DNA of 53,139 nt, filler included, from Dirinaria sp. TL-2023a (Eukaryota): assembly GCA_051941275.1 (NCBI GenBank). It is 3 parts of 3 records of this genome, joined end to end, with 100 filler letters (N's around TTAATTAATTAA, not from the genome) between each part and the next. Parts side by side here need not be neighbours in the genome. Positions count along the whole stretch, not along the records: positions 35,510 to 53,139 come from JAVEBF010000419.1; 2 more parts are not named here. One strand, given 5' to 3'. Position numbers and translations under genes: made by a program. The notes beneath the pieces were generated by a model, which saw nothing but the letters and a program-made list of their open reading frames with translations, was not told the DNA's origin and did not search any database. This document shows, in pieces, positions 46,645 to 53,139 of this stretch (positions are counted from its first letter, which is position 1; each line of letters starts with the position of its first letter).

Positions 46645-47349
46645 ATGGCCTCTGGTGGCTGGTTTTTCCTTATCCTCCTTATCCTGATCATCGCCGCTGT
46701 CGCTGCTTGGGTCTTCTTCACTCGCCGAAGAGCTGCTAGGCAAGGCCTTCCGCCGCCTCCTTTGTCCTCTTACAACCCCTTTGCAACATCGAATCGATCG
46801 TCACAGAGCTACGGTGGACAAACTGGAATTGTGGGCTGGGCGAAGTCGAAGTTCCAATCTCTAAAAGGCTCAAGTGGTGGAGCCTACGAGCGTCCAGTGG
46901 GAGCGGGTCAGCGCAGAGGCTTGGATCCGGACGGGGCATGGGATGCTAGGGTCGGTGACGAAGCCGACGCATACGGAGGCGGGGGTTACTATGAAGAGCA
47001 AGAGTTAGGTCTGCAACCTCCACCGAGTGGCTCCTATACTGGAGGTGGATATCCGTCATCCCATGGACAACAATTGCCTGAGTACGGTGCCGGTGAGCCA
47101 GAGCGGGGACGCAGAAGAAGCAGGGATGACGCATTCATCGGTGGAGGCCAGAGGGGCTTGGACCAGAGATATGACGAAGAAATGGGGAAACAGAATCCAT
47201 TCGGTGACACGGCAGAGCAGAGTAGTATGAGGGGTGTGAGCCCAAGACCAGCGGAATTGGATGCATCGACGCATCCGCACAAAGATAAAGCAGCTGGTCA
47301 TGGTGACAGTCCCACAGAGAGACGGAGCATGTTCCGTGAAGATGTGTAA
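46645..47349 (+). CDS. Single-pass membrane protein of unknown function (234 aa)
   Basis: N-terminal TM segment (WFFLILLILIIAAVAAWVFF) followed by basic RRRAARQGLPPP, and motifs GLDPDGAWDARVGDEAD, NPFGD and SPTERRSMFREDV in a Gly-rich tail. Confidence 0.8.
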   Translation: MASGGWFFLILLILIIAAVAAWVFFTRRRAARQGLPPPPLSSYNPFATSNRSSQSYGGQTGIVGWAKSKFQSLKGSSGGAYERPVGAGQRRGLDPDGAWDARVGDEADAYGGGGYYEEQELGLQPPPSGSYTGGGYPSSHGQQLPEYGAGEPERGRRRSRDDAFIGGGQRGLDQRYDEEMGKQNPFGDTAEQSSMRGVSPRPAELDASTHPHKDKAAGHGDSPTERRSMFREDV

Positions 47350-47625
47350 AGCTGCTGGATTTTGGCGTGGCATCAATAGTTTTGAGCATGCGCAGGCTTT
47401 CAGCGCACGTCTCGGCCGGAAAGGAGGGATCAATTGTTGTTGTCGCACTTCGTGTCATGAGAAGATCCTGGATCAGTATCCTGTGGGAGTTCCAGCACTC
47501 GAAAGATTTGCCGGCTTTGTACCTTTGCTTCCAAAAAACCCATGTCACATTTAATAATCTGTCAAACTTCCGCTGTTGTAGATGTATAAATTTCTCATCC
47601 CTCGGCACTCATTAATATAATCGAT

Positions 47626-49593
47626 ATGGGCATCCCGCGTCTGATATCCCACCTTCAACCATACGCAGTTCCCGCAGTTCTGGGCTGCAAAGCCTCTCAC
47701 TGTTCGGAGCACAACTCCAGTTATCCAGATGACCGAATCAAGGTGACAATTGATGGTCCGGGATTCGCGTATCATGTCTTCTACACACTCCTGGCTCATA
47801 AGTCGCCCTCACTGAGCGCTTTCGATGCTGCACCTTCCTACGCCGAAATCGGTCAAAGGGCGATCACGTTCCTAGAGGAATTGCAGCTGTACGGCCTGAC
47901 GATGTATGAACCCTGAGCGTTTCTACTGAAGCTCAGTTCTGATACCTACAGCGAGAAAATTTACTTCGATGGCTGTCTACCTGAGCGGAAGGAGGACGTA
48001 CGAATCAGCCGTCTTCAGAGCTACACCAGGGAGCTCGCGGCATTCCGGTCTCTGCATTCGAAAGGTGTAGTCACCATTCAACAGCCAGCAACAACGGCTG
48101 GACGAGATTTAGACAACTACGGCTTATTCTCTAACCAACCAGTGCCGCCCAGATTGCGTGGCCTACCAGCCTCGCCTTTTCTGGTACCAGCAGTCCTTGA
48201 CGCACTCAGCAACAGCCAATACGCTAGTGTCACTGAAGTCGTAGCTGGAGAAGCAGAGGCTTACTGTGCCCGCCGTGTCCGACACCATGGAGGTATTGCC
48301 CTAACCAGTGACTCTGATATGCTAGTCTATGATCTGGGTGCAGAAGGCGCCGTAGCTTTCTTCAAGCAACTTGAATCCCGTCTCTCACTCCCTGAAGAAG
48401 CTTCGTTGGAAGCCTGTCAATTGTTGGTAACCAAGTTGTTCAAGCCAAAAGACATTACCCAAAGCTTAGGCCTCGAGAGCCTTCAGCGACTCGCTTTCGA
48501 GTTCAAACAAGGCTCATATACTAAGATCCGGCCTGCTGTCCAACTTTCACATCAGCAGCCAGGAGACCCAGCGGCCTTCACATACTTCCTAGCTGAATAT
48601 GTCGCGAAAGATGAACCTGATGAGAATGCCAAGGTAGCGTCATTGCCCTCAGCTTCCATTGGTTACGCTGAGTGCTTCGCCGACCCACGACTCTCGGAAC
48701 TTTTGACTTCTGTATCAGCTTTTCCTAATTCTGTTAATATGACAATGTATCTTCCTTTTCTGATCGACGATCCGTCACGCGTTTCGGCCTGGGCTCCGTC
48801 ACTGGGCATCCGTCAGCTGCTTTACTCATGCTTGCATTTTCTTTACCCTACCTCCTCCCGTGTACACCTAATTACGGAGTACATTCGCAAGGGTCAGGTT
48901 ATAGGCTCTACTGAGATATCTATACTATCTGAAAGTGACATGGAGGTCATCGCCGAGAGGCTCGTCAGTATTTTTCATTATTGCTCTGCTGGTAACATAA
49001 GCTGGACTTCAAAAGAGCCCTGGTGGGCGTTCGCTATGATTCTTATCATGACATGGCATGAGCAAGAAGAAAGAGCGCCACCAAGCAAAGCGTCATGTAT
49101 TCGTGTTTGCAAGGGTTTGGTCAACGCTGGCGTGCTGACATGGGATGATATCCAGCTATCAGCCCAGATTCAAGGTGTGCTGTATTCTCTCAGGATGCTC
49201 AAGCAGCTCCTTCAGAAGGCTGCTGCACAAGATGTATGGTCACCTTCATCACTGCTCGAGATCAGTTCAATACTCCGATATCTGCCGAATTTGGCTGATT
49301 TGATGCCTTCCCGATTGGAACTTGTTCAAAGCGTTGGCGATTTCAACGTGCTGGATATAACCGATATAGCAATGGGTTGCATGAGGGAAGCAAGCCAAAA
49401 CCAAAGCATGTCGGAAGTGCAGACTCCGAAAAAGCCCAGTGATGACGGTTTTGAGACTGTAAGTGGCAAGAAAAGGAAGAAAAAGGCCAGCAAGAAATTG
49501 CAAGAGGGCAGAGGTGGCAGTGGGTCGCAAAATTCTACTACAGAAACCTCAGACCGAGGTAACAATCGATTCAGCTTTCTTACGAGCGCATAG
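47626..49593 (+). CDS. Asteroid-like / XPG-family PIN-domain protein, 2 exons (intron 47904-47951)
   Basis: MGIPRL N-terminus, IDGPGFAYH, IYFDGCLPERK...RISRL, GEAEAYCA, LTSDSDMLVY, and a C-terminal basic NLS-like tract plus NNRFSFL. Confidence 0.88.
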
Positions 49594-50097
49594 CCTACAG
49601 TATCTGGGGGGAAAAAAGGAGTAAAGTATAGCACTTGAGATACTCCCTAACTTTCACGGATCTATGACCGAGGGGAAACGACCTGTCAAGGTCCTGTATG
49701 ACTCCTAAAAGGTGATGATTGATCTAGATACAAGAAGAAGCTGCAGATATACTGACGGAGAGCCGCTTCACGTGGCTACTTCTAGGCCAAAACCACCACC
49801 TGGACGATGCAAGATCCACTCTCTCACAACATCTTATATCTCTAATTCGAGAATCTGATGCTGAGACGATGGCACTGATCTGCGCTCCACCTATCTTTAT
49901 ATAGGGCTTAACTTGAAATGGCCTTCATGCTTGCTAATATATATAAGAGAGAACAAACATCGAATTCTTCTGCGACTCCCTTGAGTTGCAAGAGAATAAG
50001 GGACCCATTAAATTTTGTAGGATCCCACTACCGCCACACCACCCCACTCTACTGGCACACCACACTTCCTCACGAACTACTACTCCTCATTCTCGCA

Positions 50098-50920
50098 TGA
50101 TAACGCATTCGACCTCTTTGATGCCTCGTGATGAAATAGGCGTATGTAGGCAATATGAATAGCATTGGGGAAGGAAAGGTCTATGGCAGGTGAACTACTT
50201 ATAGAGCCGGTGGCGGCTATGCCGCATATCGAGGAAATATCGATCTATGGTATGGCTGAATCCAACACACCCCCATCAGCCGGACATAGGCTGATCCGTT
50301 CCGAAACAGGTGCTGATTGAAAAATGTGTGCAATCGCCTCCATTTGAACCACCTCTTGAACCACTTATTGCCTGCATGTAATCCACCCCTTGTGTATGTG
50401 TGCCATATAGTCCACCTCTTTCTCATCCTCCTATTGTATCTAACTAGAGACGCTTGCGCATACCTAGCATCTTGAAGAACCGCTCAAATTTGATCCTCTC
50501 AAGCGGTTTTGTAAGGCCGTCGGCGGCCATTTCGTTCGTGAAGCAGTAAATAATGTCGACAACGCTCGATTGTACCTGGTCACGCACATAGTGTCATTGA
50601 ACGTCAATATGCTTTGTCCTAGTGTGGATCTTAGGATCCTTCGATAGATAGATGGCGCCCTGGTTATCTGCTTTAACAGTGACTGATCCGCGTTGCTCAG
50701 CTAGCAAGGTGCCGTCTAGGTTCAGCTCTTTAATTAAACGCATGAGCCAAATTGCTTCCTTACATGCCGATGTTTGAGCCATGTATTCTGCCTCACATGA
50801 CGATAGGGCCACGGCGAGCTGTTTCTTAGATGACCAACTAAGAGGGCCACCATAAAGAGTGAAAAGATAGCCACCCGTTGAACGCCTGGTCATGACATCG
50901 CCTGCCCGATCCGCGTCGGT
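50098..50920 (-). mobile_element. Decayed Ty1/copia LTR-retrotransposon relic: RNase H domain, polypurine tract and probable 3' LTR
   Basis: DADRAGDVMTRRSTGGY...SWSSKKQLAVALSSCEAEY...DNQGAI...RTKHIDVQ*HYVRD...MAADGLTKPL is the Ty1/copia RNase H, with an internal TGA at 50594-50596 and the true stop at 50444-50446. On the minus strand a PPT-like GATGGGGGTG directly precedes TGTTGG (50267). The putative LTR has TATAAG and ends in ...TATCA near 50098. Confidence 0.85.
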
Positions 50921-52001
50921 TTTTTCCTGCTTCAATCTTCAAACGCATTTTTCCCATGCCTTTTACCACTCCTCTGAATCTCTTTCTCCAACAACCTATT
51001 TGCATCAACGTCGCCTCATCCTCTTCGAGAGTCAGACCGCCCTCCGTCAGGATCATGACAGACTTCCGTCCTGCTCCAATCTAAACAACATCGCTTTCAC
51101 ATTCTCTACTGCCTTCTCTCCAAATTCGATCCATCTTCAATTCTCGTACCTCTCGATCTATTTTCTATCGAACGCAGCCATTGTAGCCATCATGTTCTGC
51201 ATCTTCTGTTGTTGTTGTTTGTTTCACCTCTTGCTTCACCTCTTGCTCCTCCGCGTCATCAATTGACGGCGGCGGCATAATCGAAGCGGGTTCTGAGGAT
51301 ACATATTCGCTTTCGCGGATGTCGAGCTCGCAGAATCTGGTATTGACGAACGCGAATCCGAGAGAACGCAAGTCATCGACACTGGCCAAAATGGTTTTCT
51401 GTGGTGCATCTCGATCATGAGTCGGTTTGTACCCAGCATTATCCAGCAATGCCATAGATATTGCGTGGGCTCTTGCGGCTGCACCATGAGTGCCTTCTTC
51501 ACTTCGGAAGTACGCTTGTTGACCGTTGCTCGACAGAGGGACCAGATGCCGTCCAGGCAAGCCCGATCCTGCGTATTCGCAGTACTGTTTGGCCATGAGT
51601 GCCTCCTTCAATCCTGAGGTGCGCTCTCGCTCTTCGTCGAGAAAGTCGAGTGGTCGCAGCAGTCATGGGCTTGAGGTTCAGATTGGAGTTGGAGGGTCAC
51701 TGAAACTGTCTTTATTGGATCGTTTGCTCTCCGTGTCTGCCTCTTGGCGACTCTACCTTTAGCTACCATCGTTGGAACTGTTTTGTCTTTCTCGATGAGG
51801 AATCGCGCTGTCGAGATGGAAATTTGCGTGCACTGGTTTAAGAGCGATTAGGTCGGTCCGAATACAGGTTGCTGAAGATGCCGATTGTATGTACACTGGC
51901 GATAATCGTATTCCGCTTGGGCTAGGAATTGACGGCGTCGCGGTAGTCGTAGCGCAGCCCTCGTCGGACATCGCCCCAGCGAGTGGTACGGCGGTGCCCA
52001 T
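50921..52001 (-). pseudogene. Stop-riddled ORF remnant of unknown origin abutting the copia RNase H
   Basis: ORFs 51759-52001, 51165-51611 and 50838-51056 share one reading frame and are separated only by isolated TAA/TAG/TGA codons. Confidence 0.45.
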
Positions 52002-52500
52002 GCCCCAGTTGAAGAGCCACTTGATCCATCTCGGCTGACAGGGTTAAGCGGAGACGACACACGCGGTGCATTCCCTGATATAGATCCACTGTGGGTCGCC
52101 GGATTCAATGGGGATGATTCGCTGGGCGCGGTATACCTATTCAGATGCGTAATGTGATTATAAGTATTTGTTTATATATATCGGTATTGCTCGAAGCGTC
52201 TCTATTATAAAGTATACTCGAATGCTGCGTGCCAAGCACCTGGGTAGGAATGTCAGCTTGAATGTACCAGAGAGTTCAAGACTGCTCAGGCTCACCGCTT
52301 TTAAAGTGTCACAGCGAGTTTTTGGCCTTCGTCCGCTGTTCAAGCTCGGCGATCCTGTTCTGATGCCTTCTCTCCGTCAGATCCTAGTAGACCACCGTCA
52401 CATTACGCCACGTAGCGAATACGAGACCGTCGACTTTGACTTTGACTTTGCAGCGCCTGTTAGGATATATAAGATTCCGAAGAAGTGAATACCAAGGTAT

Positions 52501-52658
52501 TGTTGGATTTCATGAGCTCGCTGATGGTTCGGCTCGAGATCCTCCGGTTCCTGCTCTCTCTTTCAATTTACCCGTTTTTTGTCTCAAGTCCCATTTCTAG
52601 GTTATGTATGAATCTTGTCTAGCCTATCGATTCGTTTTCTGACCGAGTGTCCTCAACA
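52501..52658. mobile_element. Possible solo LTR (TGTTG...CAACA, 158 bp)
   Basis: Terminal inverted TGTTG/CAACA. The first 9 nt (TGTTGGATT) match the start of the putative copia LTR at 50267. The flanking 5-mers (GGTAT/TTGAT) do not form a TSD. Confidence 0.3.
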
Positions 52659-52702
52659 TTGATGAACCCTCGAGCTCAGCTACATTTGTGATGCTGTACT
52701 TG

Positions 52703-53017
52703 TCAGATCGCCGAGCAGTTCGTCAATTGTGCCGCTTCAGTCCAGCGGCTGTCGTAGGATCGAGCTATCTGCTCCGCTTGGTCAATTTGAAGCTGAACTG
52801 ATCTGGATTTCGAATTTGATAGTTTTCGCTGAATCCCCTGAAGCTCTGCTCTGCAGCCTTCGTCTTGTGATCTGCTTGGTTGAGATCTGTGCACCTTGGT
52901 TATCGACTCGGGGACTGTATCGACGCCGAGCTCGTCACACAGCTGTTGAAAATCCTTCCATTTTCCTTTTTTTATCAAGATACTAAATCTGGGGTATTGT
53001 ACATCGCGAGAAGGCAT
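52703..53017 (-). CDS. Hypothetical or degraded ORF
   Basis: WKDFQQLCDELGVDTVPESITK resembles a recurrent fungal hypothetical-protein motif (W/F-Q-x-LC-x-ELG...P-x-SITK). The remainder does not continue convincingly. Confidence 0.3.
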   Translation of the reverse strand: MPSRDVQYPRFSILIKKGKWKDFQQLCDELGVDTVPESITKVHRSQPSRSQDEGCRAELQGIQRKLSNSKSRSVQLQIDQAEQIARSYDSRWTEAAQLTNCSAI

Positions 53018-53139
53018 AGCTGACCTTCGTCCTCAAATTCTTCGCTCCCTGCTTCTAATTTTCTCAAGGCATGCTCGAGTTCCCCAACTTTTGCTGTCTT
53101 TGGCTTTTGGATGCTTTATAATCGAGTATTCTTTCTCTC

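Noticed and set aside
1..53139. CRISPR arrays, rRNA, tRNA, riboswitch or telomeric repeats
   Set aside because: None were seen by eye. The sequence is eukaryotic nuclear DNA with no regularly spaced repeats. An intron-containing tRNA could have been missed without tRNAscan-SE.

Overview
Eukaryotic fungal genomic DNA from a filamentous ascomycete (Pezizomycotina-like), judged by short GT-AG introns with CTRAC/CTAAY branch sites and fungal gene families. The window is not one continuous sequence: two artificial 100-nt spacers (N44-TTAATTAATTAA-N44, at 17667-17766 and 35410-35509) join three segments, so adjacency across them is not evidence of linkage. Segment 1 holds the 3' end of mitochondrial ribosomal protein S8, a Ser/Pro-rich protein, an MFS transporter / O-methyltransferase / PTH11-like membrane protein trio, DPH4 and a Mug190-like SMP-C2 protein. 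Segment 2 is a more accessory, partly decaying region: a Zn-alcohol dehydrogenase with a substituted catalytic Zn ligand, an ACC-synthase-like aminotransferase pseudogene missed by the ORF track, HSP78, a HeLo-like/NACHT/ankyrin NLR, another pseudogene, an FAD amine oxidase, a small putative secreted protein, a secreted histidine phosphatase and the truncated start of a class II aldolase. Segment 3 is mostly housekeeping (VIP1, UTP21, a DAG/sphingosine-kinase-family gene, a single-TM protein, an Asteroid/XPG-like PIN protein) and ends in a decayed Ty1/copia relic fused to a stop-riddled ORF of unknown origin. I found no convincing new multi-gene system. The most interesting items are listed as findings with modest scores. 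All family calls come from motif recognition by eye, with no database searches, and exon boundaries were read manually.
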